Part shown: one piece after another, positions 10,721 through 22,071 of the stretch
How positions within the stretch are numbered: the first letter of the stretch is position 1
Layout of the letters: each line of letters begins with the position of its first letter
DNA from: Cyanidioschyzon merolae
Taxonomy: Eukaryota
Assembly (NCBI GenBank): GCA_000091205.1
Contig: AP006490.2
Length of the DNA stretch: 64,000 nt
Reading direction: 5' to 3' (one strand)
Notes under the pieces: model-generated
Database searches by the model: none
Told to the model about the DNA's origin: nothing
Seen by the model: the letters and a program-made list of their open reading frames with translations, nothing else
Position numbers and translations under genes: made by a program

Positions 10721-11559
10721 GATCATGCTATGCAATTCGTTATCTCAACGTTCGCTTCCGTGCATGCTTTTCATTTTCTGTATGTTGTGCCCATAAATTT
10801 TTCGGAGTCGTATGAAGGGCGCCAAGGCAGGTCATATACTCGTGAGCATCGAGTCCACACGGTCTACCCGCTTGCGAGAATGGATCCAAGGGTTCTTAGA
10901 CTCTACTCTGTTCCATAAGGTATTCAGTCCATTCTATCATTCGCTCCCTTATACTTAAGCCAAGATGACAGACGCGCAGGAAGAACTTCCGGCAGTTGCT
11001 GGAAGTCGGAGAAGCTCAATTTCGTGGTCCCCGAGCATCGTCGATTACCAAACAGTAGCGTGGAACTCGTCCGCGGGTCTCTCGGAAGCGCAGCTCTAGA
11101 GGTTCGCTCTACACTTACCCTGGCCGATGTAGATCGCATTGCGCAGCAAGTCCGCCGGGCCATGCATTTACCTTGCTCGTTGCTTACGAGCGTATCTGCT
11201 CGCCTGAACCGGGGTACGTTTCGGCAGTGGACGGGTTGTACAGCTTGAAAGACGTTCGCGTTCGCTGGCAATGGATAGTGTCTCGCTATCGATCTCGGTC
11301 AAGAATGTGACTGATCCTCGCGGAAGCACGAAACTCCCGTCTCTCTCCCCTCGATTCCACTATTTTCGCATCTTTCTTCGCTTTTCGCCACTGCCCCTTC
11401 CTACAGTGGATCGTAAGCCCTTCAATAGCACCAGATAAGACGCGCATCGCTCGCCGCACGAACTGCATGTCGTCGATCAACTGCTATTCTCCTTTGGTAC
11501 ACTCATTATTCAAGCAATGCATTGGCCAAGCATTTGCGCGGCAGCGCCCCTCCACAACA

Positions 11560-11800
11560 AAGCTGAAAAACACAGGTTCGATTCTGGAAGGATGCGCGAT
11601 TTCAGCATGCTCTGGGCAGGGACAAAAGAAGAGTGTGAATTTGAACGCGTGCATTGAATAATGATGGCGTTTACTCTATGAACACTCGTTCGAGGGCAGC
11701 GTGAATCATCTTGATCTCGGTGACATTGCGAATTCCAACGGGAAAGCGTCGAAAGCGCTACTCCGCAATGACAATCGAGAATCCTGAAACTGCACATGAA
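11560..11800. repeat. dispersed repeat (family 3), second copy at 53200-53470
   Basis: The block ctcgttcgagggcagcgtgaatcatcttgatctcggtgacattgcgaattccaacggg here matches cctcgttcgagggcatcgcgtatcactttggtttcggtgacgtgacgaattccatcgac at 53.3 kb. By eye this is about 70% identity over ~240 bp. Minus-strand translations are similar (GIRNVTEIKMIHAALER here, GIRHVTETKVIRDALER at 53.3 kb). Confidence 0.5.
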
Positions 11801-12200
11801 TCCGTAAGCCCCTCTAACTGTACTTTGAACGTAGGGGATGCACGTCTAAAAACGTTGGGTGATGTAATCGAAACGCAGAAAGCTAGCGAGCATTTGAATG
11901 TTCTATTTCAATCAGAGACGGCTGTTGGATGCAAAAGTTGCGGCTCGAGGTACCGTTTATCCGGCAGGCGATCCGAACGGGTGCGCATCCGCTCCGGCGG
12001 CGGCGCTTGCGATGTGTGCTAGAGACGGGACCCGCGCCGTGCGGCGCGTTCTCCGCCACGGAGCCCGTGGTCTCTGAGAGAGCGTAACGCTAACGGCTGC
12101 CAGCGGCTGAACGAGGAATTGCAGTCGTGCGTTTCGGGTGACAGTGTGTGCGTGTGTCGGGAGATTTCGTGCTAATCCAAAAGTGAAACGATCGAGCTCT

Positions 12201-12608
12201 ATGGCTTCGACTGGCTGGAGTAACTTTCGTCGGACGTGGTTGAAGACGGAGGTGTTGCCCGTGCTGAGTGCTGTCGGCCTGGGTGTGGTGGTGGCATTCT
12301 ACCACTTTTCCCACAAGGTGCTGAACTCTTCTAGCATCACATTCAATCGGCGAGACCGCAGCGTGGGCGGCATCGAGAGGTATAACCGCCTAGACGAAGA
12401 GCAGGTTTGGCGGGACCAACACGGTTTAATGTCTTTCGCTATAGATAAGTCGGAGAGTATCTTTCACAATGACAGAAGAATATATGAGGCAAAACGCTTA
12501 CCGAATCCTGAGTACGTGCCTCCGCAGTCAGCTGAACTGACACAAAGTGCTGGCACAGGCGAGGTTCTCGCAGACGATCTGGCCGCTAACGCTCAAGCGT
12601 CTCCATGA
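12201..12608 (+). CDS. small single-pass membrane protein, B12D/NDUFA4 (MLRQ)-like
   Basis: MASTGWSNFRRTWLKTEVLPVLSAVGLGVVVAFYHFSHKV...NRRDRSVGGIERYNRLDEEQVWRDQHGLMSFAI has a short N-terminus, one TM helix and then a region resembling the plant B12D / NDUFA4 family. The comparison is from memory only. Confidence 0.35.
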   Translation: MASTGWSNFRRTWLKTEVLPVLSAVGLGVVVAFYHFSHKVLNSSSITFNRRDRSVGGIERYNRLDEEQVWRDQHGLMSFAIDKSESIFHNDRRIYEAKRLPNPEYVPPQSAELTQSAGTGEVLADDLAANAQASP

Positions 12609-13325
12609 AGTGCTGCGGACTAATTGCATGGCGCAGAGGTGGTCTCACTTGCGAGCAGTACGTAAGACCTTGTCGCCAGTACTCGCTCGCCATCGGCAAC
12701 GATGGCTTCGCTGAAGAAAGAGCTTGCATTGCACGATCCGATGGACACGTCGGCACGAAAACCCACCACATGCGTTTCTAAATACGGTTACAGCGTTTTC
12801 CAATTCATTTTGTCATCACTCGCTTTGATTTAATCTGCCTTGACGGTATGTTCGCTCCACAAGGTCCCGGATGGCTTCCAGAGGCGCCTGGCTGGGCGCA
12901 GCAGTCATCATGCACCGGCCGCTCCATACATCCAGCTCCCAGGGTGGCCAGTGTGTAAACCCAAGACTGCAAAGGTTCGTACCATGCCTGTCCAAAATTG
13001 GAAGAAAAGAATCATTTCGCATTCGTGCGCTCGCCTCGAGGCGGCGGGCGCCGGCTGCGGCACCTCGAGCGTCGGCGGAGCGCACACACAATTCGCGGGT
13101 ATTGGGCTGTGTCGCGAATCGCCGCGCGCCGCACGGTCGCGTCGCCGTCGAGGAAGCGCACGCATGTTCCGAGGGTGCTGTGCGTGCGTTGCAACTGTGA
13201 AAAGTTGTTGGTGTGCGAACAGGTGACCAGGCCGGGGACGTGCCATCGAATAGGTCAGCAGGTACCATAGATCCTGAGGAAAACACAAGAATTTGCTATG
13301 AGCCAGATACCAATATAGGATTTAA

Positions 13326-14717
13326 GTGTCCATAACGAGTACACGCTGTGTCGGCGCCTTCAGTTTCGCTAGAGCTTGCACCGTCTTGGTCAGTGACCGG
13401 GCACAACTTTGCGAGCAAGGCAGAGAGGTGCACAACAGCGTTGGGTTGTGTCCAACGGCGCCTTGGGGCAACAGGCGGTTCTTTCGCGTTGACCTGAGTG
13501 GTGGCATTGTAGAAATGGGAAGAAACGAGAGCGCCGGCATGAACTGGTCGGCCTACGCGGGAATCACGCTTAGACTTCCGTGGACAGAGAGCGGGGTCGT
13601 AGAGGCAGCGCATACGCCAACCGATGCCCGTGTGTGCGACCGGAGCACGCCGGTCGGACTCACGGAAGTACCTGTCTTGCGTCACTCAGACCAAAGCAGC
13701 GTGTTTGTGAACCGTAGTGGGGCCTCTTCGGGAGACGATTGCAGCCCTGCGTCGGTGCATCTTGAAACCGGGCAGGATGCAGTGTTTCTACGCCATTTTC
13801 CGGAATGGGCACGGGATGGAAGACACGAACGGCATACTTTGGATTCCGCATCGACAATGCGCTTGTACTTTTCAAAGTCAGCCGATATTTTTGAGGACTT
13901 TTCGAATCAACGCAAGCTCTGCCCGTCGCCATCCGCTTCCCTAATCTCCTGGAGTGCCGAAATTAACAATGATCGCGAAAAGGGCGATCTAGTCGGGCGC
14001 ATACTCAGTGCCGCTTTGTTGAGCTGGGTCGCGGACAACGAACAGACGAGAGCGAGAGGAATGCAAATGCAGGAAGCATCACCTTTCCATGCCAGTCGAA
14101 TACCATCTATCTCCGTGGAGGCGTATTTCGAGAGGATCTACACGTTTGCTTTCTGTAGCAAAGCATGTTACGTGATTGCGCTTCTGTACCTGGATCGTCT
14201 GAGCGCTCGCAATGCGAACCTCGCGCTGACAAGCTTTACCGCGCACCGCCTGCTCATCACAGCTGTTATGCTCGCCGCCAAATTCTTCGACGATATTTTT
14301 TACAATAATGCGTACTATGCCAAGGTTGGCGGTCTGCCCCTGTCTGAAATGAATGCTCTTGAAGTTCGAATGCTGCGAGAGCTATCATACCAACTGAATG
14401 TATCAGTGGAAGAATTTTACAATTTCGAGAGCATGCTCATCAATAGAGCCGTCAGATCTGCCCCGGAACTTGGTCGACAACTGTCCGAGTCAGGGTTTCC
14501 GCTCCACCATACTCTTTGGCATCCACTCAGCCCTAGTTTGCCCATACCGCCGGCATGGGGCAACTTATGCCAGAATGCTCCTGGAAATGATCCGCAGACT
14601 CCGAAAGTTGTCGCCGGGTGGCCATGTGTATGGATCAAACAGCCGCTGCAGATAGACTGCCCCAAAATAGAGGGTGCAATGCATGCGGAGAGCAGGCGTG
14701 TCTCATATTGGCACTGA
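13326..14717 (+). CDS. PHO80-like (CYC2/cyclin-U type) cyclin; true start probably internal
   Basis: The cyclin box is SPFHASRIPSISVEAYFERIYTFAFCSKACYVIALLYLDRL...LTSFTAHRLLITAVMLAAKFFDDIFYNNAYYAKVGGLPLSEMNALEVRMLRELSYQLNVSVEEF, characteristic of PHO80-like cyclins. The 5' third of the ORF lies in a GC-rich island and may be non-coding. Confidence 0.75.
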   Translation: MSITSTRCVGAFSFARACTVLVSDRAQLCEQGREVHNSVGLCPTAPWGNRRFFRVDLSGGIVEMGRNESAGMNWSAYAGITLRLPWTESGVVEAAHTPTDARVCDRSTPVGLTEVPVLRHSDQSSVFVNRSGASSGDDCSPASVHLETGQDAVFLRHFPEWARDGRHERHTLDSASTMRLYFSKSADIFEDFSNQRKLCPSPSASLISWSAEINNDREKGDLVGRILSAALLSWVADNEQTRARGMQMQEASPFHASRIPSISVEAYFERIYTFAFCSKACYVIALLYLDRLSARNANLALTSFTAHRLLITAVMLAAKFFDDIFYNNAYYAKVGGLPLSEMNALEVRMLRELSYQLNVSVEEFYNFESMLINRAVRSAPELGRQLSESGFPLHHTLWHPLSPSLPIPPAWGNLCQNAPGNDPQTPKVVAGWPCVWIKQPLQIDCPKIEGAMHAESRRVSYWH

Positions 14718-14726
14718 CAGCGCAAG

Positions 14727-15521
14727 CTACTTTGGAGACCAGGGGCGCAGAGCGCTCCAAGACTTTGGATCGGAAACAGCAAACTCTAAAAGACAAGCTC
14801 CAATCGCATGGCCATCCTGTGGAACCTTAAGGCTAGCCGCTGCACTCCAATACGCGTCAAGTTTGAGTCTGCCCCTTTCAAGACTTGAAGAAAGCAGCGC
14901 GGGCATGAGTTCGGTCGTTGCGCCAAACTCAGGATGCCCCTGCAGGCACAGAATACGATCTTCGGGAAGCAAGTATCCTTCCACAGGACAAGATGGACTC
15001 GACGCCAATAATACAGCACCTGGCGGAAGTACCTGCACTTCGTCAAAGTGGAAGTATATCAGACAAACCGTGTCCGCGTCCAGGGTGCCCCCCGAGAGCC
15101 GTCGGAACAGCTCGCGTCCACGAGCAGTCAGCTGCGTCGAGACGCAACCAACCTCCGGGCCGGCGGCTACGGACCCGCACTTTCCACCCAGTGCCTCCGC
15201 TATGACCTGGTGGCCAAAACAGATCCCCACAAGGGGAATTCGACCACGTGCTCTTTGGATATTGTGTTTGAGCGTTTGAATCCACAGGTCTTCATCGTAC
15301 GCTGAGGAAAAAGAACCGCTTATGAACACGGCCCTCAGAGAGGAATCATCGAGATCAGGGAACTCACCCCGTGCTGCCTCATACCGTGTGTAGACCAAGT
15401 TCTTCTGTCCTGTTTGTTCAAAAAGTTGGACAAAGGCATCGAAAAACCCGCTGCAGCCTGTTCGTTGTTTCACAGCTTCCGGCAGCGTTTGGCAGTCAAC
15501 AACAGCTATTTGATCTATCAT
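14727..15521 (-). CDS. class I glutamine amidotransferase-like protein (stand-alone GATase1 domain)
   Basis: A 264-aa ORF with the nucleophile elbow GICFGHQ and the His/Glu motif LQGHPEF. It is convergent with the cyclin gene, and the two stops are 10 bp apart. Confidence 0.8.
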   Translation of the reverse strand: MIDQIAVVDCQTLPEAVKQRTGCSGFFDAFVQLFEQTGQKNLVYTRYEAARGEFPDLDDSSLRAVFISGSFSSAYDEDLWIQTLKHNIQRARGRIPLVGICFGHQVIAEALGGKCGSVAAGPEVGCVSTQLTARGRELFRRLSGGTLDADTVCLIYFHFDEVQVLPPGAVLLASSPSCPVEGYLLPEDRILCLQGHPEFGATTELMPALLSSSLERGRLKLDAYWSAAASLKVPQDGHAIGACLLEFAVSDPKSWSALRPWSPK

Positions 15522-15544
15522 ACATAAACGAAAAGATGCGGAGA

Positions 15545-17960
15545 ATGCCTTGCACTGTACTGTTCTCTAGACACTTCAGGACGCCCTTTGCGCGTCGACA
15601 CAAGCGGTCGTGCCCGCGAGCAGCAGCGTACCCCAGTGTGTGAGGGCGAGGCAACGAAGGTTTCAACGGAGCGAAAACGTTTCGCGACTGCAGAGTACAC
15701 CAATACCGACGTACAGACGCCTCCCCGTCTTTTTCGACCGGCTGGCTGCCATCGGCTTCAGCTTTTCCTTGTACATTTCGACCCGGAGAGGTTCCCCCAC
15801 AAAATTGGCTCTTGTAAACTCCAGAGGTCTCCTCTCCGGCACCGCACATCTCCATATATTTGTAGCGGCGTTAAAGTCTCGATTCACGAACTCCATGCGT
15901 TTCTCTCCGTTGTGGCTGTACTCAATAATGTGAGTAGTCCTCGAACTTGAGCCCTCCGCTCCATTTCCTGTTCTGTCAGCTCTCCGTGCTTTTCTATATC
16001 CTCAGCGCTCCGCCGGCACTTTTCCATCTCGACCTGCTGAAATTTACACCCCAGCTCGTGGTGTATACATGACGTTCGAAACTCATCTACCAGTATTGTG
16101 ACAAAACTGTGTGCGCACTCCTTGTACGCTCGTGTCGATGAAGCTGGTATACTCCTTTTTTGGGAACCGAGCGCCCTGAACCGTATGCTATGATGAGCCT
16201 TGGACTCTTGGTCTCTTTGAGAGCGCTCAACTGATTGAAGAGATTGGAGAATGCATGTCGCTTCCCACGGTACAATTTCATACGCTGACGAGCTCAGCGG
16301 GGCTTTGTGTACTCTTTCCCCAGCTCCTCGTGATGAGCAGCTCGTGTTTCCATGAACTCTAGAAAAGCTTGAAAGTTCGCTCCGCGGCTCTTCACATTAC
16401 TGATCACTTCCAGGTGCTCCATCGCTCCTGCGTTCCGTTTCTCACTTTTTTCCTTGCATTCATTATTCCCCATTCTCGGTAGTATCTCGCTCTCGAGAAC
16501 ATTAAAAGACGCGTATCGTTTCAGCATAAGTTGCCTTTGGTACCATTTTTGCTACATTTGGGAGCAGGGATGGTCATGATGTTCGTGTTCCCAGGGTAAA
16601 GGACTACGACAACGTCGTTCCCCTGCAGCTCCTGCGTCGCAAGATGCGCCTCCTTTTCTTGATGCCTCGCCGAGGACGAAGCTGTAGACACAATAGGACG
16701 ATCTGCCTTCAAGCGCCGATAGTGTCCATACATGTATACTCCATCGCTTCCGATCATCCACGTGAACACCTTTTTCTTGCTCATTTTGCGACGTTTGAAA
16801 TCGAAGATATATCTACAAAATGACTCACGGTTTTCGCCAGTGAACTCCTCCCTGCTTACATTGAACTCCGAGCTGATCTCCCTCATGATACCGTCATGGG
16901 CTGCGAAGTCGATTGTCACAAAGTGCTACGTGATCTCGCATATCGGAACGACATGGGAGCGCTTCCCCAGAAGCGCAGCCTTCCGTTTCTCCGACTTTTT
17001 TCCCACAACCGGCTCCATTTCGGCCTTGCGTTCGAGTTCTCGGTTCACGAACGCGATGCAGCCCAGGATGAGAGGATAAAATCTATTTTCATCTTTGTTT
17101 CATATCTGATACCTATTCTACTGGGTTGACCAGCCCCAAAACTGCACGTTGCTCTTGAATAGTCGCACGGATCACAGAGGCGTCATTCTTTCCTATGTGT
17201 GATGTGTTCTCGTCGATGAATTCGATCTTCTTTTCATTCTTACTATCGTTAGCGATGCCATCGACGAGGGTCCATCTTGCCCTGCGAGATACGCCCGGGT
17301 AGAGTGCAAGTGTGAAGCGTACCATGAAGCGTTTGAGGTTCACGATCATGTAGTTCCTCAGGTCCGTGAGGTACTTGATCTCCCCGTAGGAGAAAATATC
17401 CGCGTCACCCCTGTGTCTAGTACCGTCGAAGCGGAATACGGGGTGAATTTCGTGGAGTGCACGTTCTTGCTCATTTCTCCTGGAGGTTTCCCCAATGCCA
17501 AATATCAGTTGACCAATAAAGGTTTTGCTGAGAAACCCTTCCGGGACATCGACTGTTTTGATGTGCGGCACGTAGCGATACATCTCCCTCGCCATATGCA
17601 TCAGTCCCAAAGAAGTGTTACGAACACTGTTCGCGAAGGAAGCGACACGGTTTCTGATGGCCCTTGCATCTCTTTTCTTGTACAGATCCTTTATACGGCG
17701 TTGAAGACAGGCTTTCACCAGCATCTCGTCGCACAGTTCTCTTTCGTGTAGCGTTTGACGTTGGGCCTCCTGCTTCTGCTTCTTTGTGTTCTCGTGTTCC
17801 GCTTTGCTCGGCACAGTTTTTCGTTTTTTTTCCGGCGGCCAACGACACCGTCCCTTTAGGATATTCTACTTCCATGTCTATATCCATGAGCGAAAGTGAG
17901 GCCGCCGAATAAATCCTCTGCAGATAGAACGGATGATGTCCTCTTTCTCATCGAGCTCGA
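15545..17960 (-). mobile_element. Fanzor/TnpB-like element, family 1, copy 2 (most complete copy; frameshifted)
   Basis: Minus-strand ORFs 17113..17814, 16521..16919, 16294..16527, 16087..16281 and 15663..15896 are collinear with copy 1. The 3' non-coding tail 15545-15662 shares cgctgctgctcgcgggc with the copy 1 tail. The 5' boundary is approximate. Confidence 0.75.
15663..17814 (-). pseudogene. TnpB/Fanzor-like RuvC nuclease remnant (about 700 aa equivalent, at least 4 frame breaks)
   Basis: RuvC-I is NDVVVVLYPGNTNIMTIPAPK. RuvC-II region is PRLIIAYGSGRS.... RuvC-III is MEFVNRDFNAATNIWRCAVPERRP. The N-terminal 233-aa piece is intact here and matches the two pieces of copy 1 (24..260 and 399..635). 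Confidence 0.75.
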
Positions 17961-20937
17961 TCATACGCACAACGGACTCCCTCTCCGCAAATAATCACAC
18001 ACGCTCCGACCGGTTCGCCCGAAGCAAGTCTCACTGACAGAAAGGAATCGACTTCCCTGTGCTTCAGACCGATCGCAACGTTCCAGGAAAGCTGTTATTG
18101 CGAATTCGATGGAAGACAGCCGTGGGTGAACTAGGGCTCTGTTTTTGTGACAGTATTCGATTGTTTTCAGGACCACACGAACAAACTGGTGAGAAATGAA
18201 GGCGCCCGTTATGGCTTCTATCGTCGCTTTTGCCTTTCATACGATGAAAAATCGGTGGTTTCCTACCACGGACCGAAAGCACGCTTTGAGAAAGCCGGCT
18301 CTATGGCGCAAAGCGAATACATTTGTTTCTTTCAGTGCTCCCCACCCAAATGAGTACTGTGGTACGACTGGCCAGAAGGGGAAAGGCAATCTTTCTGGCA
18401 CTGTCCAGTGAGGAGTACATGCTACAGGCAATTCGTCTACGATCTATAAGGTACGTTGCATCGTGATTTCGACTACATAACATACACCGCAGCGAGGATG
18501 AAATAATATTCTGTTGAAAGAACATAATCGAAGTCTCTGACTGCAGAGGTCTTGATTTGGTTTGAGATACAGGTAGCAGCCCCTATTCCAGATAAGCAGT
18601 GTACTGCGTGATGCCGTTCTCCTTGCACCTTTGAACGGGATGTTTTCGTCTTGATGTTCTTCGAAACATGTGCAGCAGCCAGCCCCGTGTCAGATCAAAA
18701 AGAGAGCACTTCACTTCTCTCTCTATTCCAGCTTTCCGATATTACCTAACTGCTTTACATGAACACTCTTGACATCCAAAGTGCAGCAACGCGCTGTTAT
18801 GGGTTCATACGTAGTTCTAGGCATCCAGGCCGTCTCCTGGACTATCTGCCTTAGGGCTTTGCTCCTGGAAATCTTCGCGTCACTGAAATTATGATAAATC
18901 CGCAACGCTTTCGAATAAGCGTTTGTAAAAGAATCGATTTCATTATCCAATTCATACGTTCTAGTCTCCAAGCTTCTCCTTTCCTTCCATGCAGCATGCT
19001 CGAATTTCAGAGTTTCCAAGCTTCGATCTCTCCCTTTCAGGGCGACTCGTGAGCGCGGCAATTGTCGCTGCTGGGTTGACAACGGAAAATCAGCCGACGA
19101 CTTTCCTTGAAAAATTCATTCCAAGCTCATGCCGAATGTTGACGTCGCTTCTTACGCCTAATTATTGGTACCATAATTTAGATAAATTGTCGTCTGTTTG
19201 TAGCTATCGAAGAAAGGGGCTTCCACAATAGCATGCTACCTGTTATGCGTTATGCTCCAAGTTGATTCCATGTCTTCTTCTTAGCTGGAAAGCGTCTTAG
19301 AATCGGAATGAACGCTTCCCAGTTATCCCTTCTGGTAGAGCGGGCGCCAATGATTTCAACGAAGGTAGCATAGACGAATCGAAATTCTTCGACTTGTCGC
19401 CCAAACTGGATATTCCTTGCCATAGGTATTCGATCATGGACACCATCGCACTCCACAAATAATCTGTCGAATGAGAGAGCATGCGCTTGCATGTGCAGCA
19501 CACAAAGTGCTCGCCGTTTGGATTGCCTAGAACAAGTCCACGATCGTACGGGTAAGGCACCGGGAGCGGAAGCAGTAATGGGCAACAAGGGTGAGCCTTC
19601 TGTACCCCTCAAGGACATCCAACGAGAAAGAGTGCAAGCGATCACGCGACGCTTTACTGCGCTCCGAGGAGTAGGTGTGGTGCGCATATAGGAGCACCTG
19701 ACAACAATGAAGTGGCACCGCTTCGAAGCGCTCACCAAGGCTCTATACTGGAAACATGGACATGTTTAGCGAAGCGTAGATCGCGTTTTTGGCTGGTGCA
19801 TCAAATGCATAGAGAACAGCCGGCAACTGCGAAAATGGGATTTTGATGCTTTTATCAATATCAGTTGATTGCTGGCAACGGAACCGGAGGGAATAGAGAG
19901 ACCGGCGTGTGTAGAGTTGGAAATAAGAGAGAGAAAAAGGAAGCAGTCGTGGGAAACCCCGCAAACGGTGGTGTTGATGAAGACCGAAGAGACTCAAATG
20001 CTAGTGTGTACACCAGAGTCCGATTCGTGGACTTGTTTCTTTCATTTTGACATGGGTGTAGGACTCTCCTGCCGAATACCGCACCCGTCGCAAACAAAAT
20101 ACGAGAGTCGGTACGCGCATTCAAAGTGCACGTGGTGCTGCGAATCTCCGATGCTCCCCTGTTCTGGAAACTCTATGCCCTGAAGCCTGGACGGCAACCT
20201 GGTTGGAAACCTATCTGTCACGAACAACCTTGCGAACTACGTTTAAGCCCTGCAGCATCACAGAAAAGCTGACTCAAATCCGAGCTGGAAACGTTGCACT
20301 CGGTGCAGTGTTGCTTTTTCAGGGTAAAGCGCGAAACAAGGTCGCGTGTGGGAGTTCACCAAAACGAACAGTATTCCATTCGAAAAACGTGCAAGTCGTT
20401 GCCATGTTGCTTGCAACAACACGTTGTGGCGTCTTTTCGGTTCGTTGCGCATAATCGCCGGTGTTAAGCGAGTTGCCTGGGTGAAGAGCGGAAATGTAAC
20501 GCGATACTAGCAACGATGCGTATCCCGTGAACGAGAGGCAGGTAGGAGCCCGCGGTCTCAAAGAGCAAGGCGATTTCCAAAATCAGGCCAGAACGATTTC
20601 TTCCAGCCAAATCTATCAACAGGCGAGAGCTTCATTGGCCGGGTGGGTATTAAACTCAACACACAACGGCCTCCGTGATCCACGACTCCCGTTCTGCATT
20701 CCTCGGAGGAACACTGGCTCGATCGATCTCGTGAGCCGCAGTGTGCTGTGCGCGAACGCACGCCGCTTCCGGTAACGCTGCCGGTAGGCCGATTTCGGGC
20801 GATGAAGCGGGCGCTGCGAACGCTTGCAACTGCGCCCACTTCTGACAGCTCTCTCGGCGCGTGAAAACTCGGGGCGACTTCCGGTCGCGATCGTACGCTT
20901 CAAGAGAGCCTGGGGCTAGAGGAGAAGCTGTAGACAC

Positions 20938-22071
20938 TTGCGCGACGTTTTTCGGTTTTGCGTAATGTCGCAAAAGTTGGAAGAAACGGCGCGAAGCACC
21001 GGCAAGGTGCTGTGTGCGTTCACAGTGTTGCTGTCTATGAAACAGAGCCACAGGGCGCCTCTTCGTGCTTGGAGTCGAATTCAACCATGCTTTGGAAGCA
21101 GTTGCCATCCCCTTTACAAAAAAGGTACCGGTGCGACTCGCCTGAGCCGGAATAACCGTACAGGGCGAGCAGCTTTGTGGCCGCAGTTGAACGTTGAACA
21201 CCGCAAACCTCGTGTCCAGCGGGAACGAAACGCGCTGAAGGTACGGGCAGACGTGACTGCTGAGCGGGACACCTCAGAAACCTCGAAACTCAGGCAGTTT
21301 GTTCCGAAAGCTATTATATTCGACTGCGACGGCGTGCTGGTGGAGTCCGAGGAACTGCATCGGGTTACGTACAACGAAACATTTGACGCAGAGGGCCTCT
21401 CGCATATTCAATGGTCCCAGGACTATTACGAAATATTGCAGAACAAGATCGGTGGTGGCAAAGAAAAGTACTTGTATCACTTTCAAAATGAGGGATGGCC
21501 CACACCCGAGCAGTGCGGATTCGACACCACGACGCCCAGCGGGCGTGAGGCGCTGATTCAACATCTTCACCAAAGCAAATCAGCGCGTTACGCGGAAAGA
21601 ATACGGAACGATGACTCCATCAGACTGCGACCCGGAGTAGGTGAGATTATCGATACAGCACATAAGCGGGGCATCCGGCTGGCGATCTGCTCTGCCTCGA
21701 ATCGAGAATCCGTGGAGGCTGTTCTGAAACGAATTCTTAGCGAGCGCCCGCCAGGCGCATCGCGATCCAAATCACGTTTTGAAATGTTTGAATTCATAAT
21801 TGCGGGCGATTCTGTGCCAAAGAAAAAACCGGACCCATTGATATACGAGGTTGCTCTGGAGCGTCTAGGTGTTGCTCCGAGCGATTGTCTGGTAATAGAA
21901 GACAGCGCCATTGGCCTCGCAGCCGCTCGCGGGGCTGGCATCCGCTGCGTGATCACGTACACTTGGTACACGAAATCACAGTCTTTTGACGGTGCCACTG
22001 CGATATTCGGGGAACTAGATGGGGTCTCACTGGACGACATCCTTGATGCGGTTACCGTATCGTCGAACTGA
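20938..22071 (+). CDS. HAD-superfamily hydrolase, CbbY/beta-phosphoglucomutase-like, with ~110-aa N-terminal extension
   Basis: HAD motif I is KAIIFDCDGVLVESEE. Motif II/III region is RLAICSASNRESVEA...KKKPDPLIYEVALERLGVAPSDCLVIEDSAIGLAAARGAGIRCVITYT. The basic, S/T-rich N-terminal extension is consistent with an organelle presequence. Confidence 0.8.
   Translation: MRDVFRFCVMSQKLEETARSTGKVLCAFTVLLSMKQSHRAPLRAWSRIQPCFGSSCHPLYKKGTGATRLSRNNRTGRAALWPQLNVEHRKPRVQRERNALKVRADVTAERDTSETSKLRQFVPKAIIFDCDGVLVESEELHRVTYNETFDAEGLSHIQWSQDYYEILQNKIGGGKEKYLYHFQNEGWPTPEQCGFDTTTPSGREALIQHLHQSKSARYAERIRNDDSIRLRPGVGEIIDTAHKRGIRLAICSASNRESVEAVLKRILSERPPGASRSKSRFEMFEFIIAGDSVPKKKPDPLIYEVALERLGVAPSDCLVIEDSAIGLAAARGAGIRCVITYTWYTKSQSFDGATAIFGELDGVSLDDILDAVTVSSN

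Noticed and set aside
11560-11600. T-loop-like caggttcgattctgg
   Set aside because: The stem halves are not complementary (CAGG against CTGG) and there is no surrounding tRNA structure. It lies inside the family-3 dispersed repeat.
20656-21201. 181-aa minus-strand ORF overlapping the 5' end of the HAD hydrolase gene
   Set aside because: It is antisense to a supported CDS and its GC-rich leader, with no homology signal. Treated as a chance ORF.
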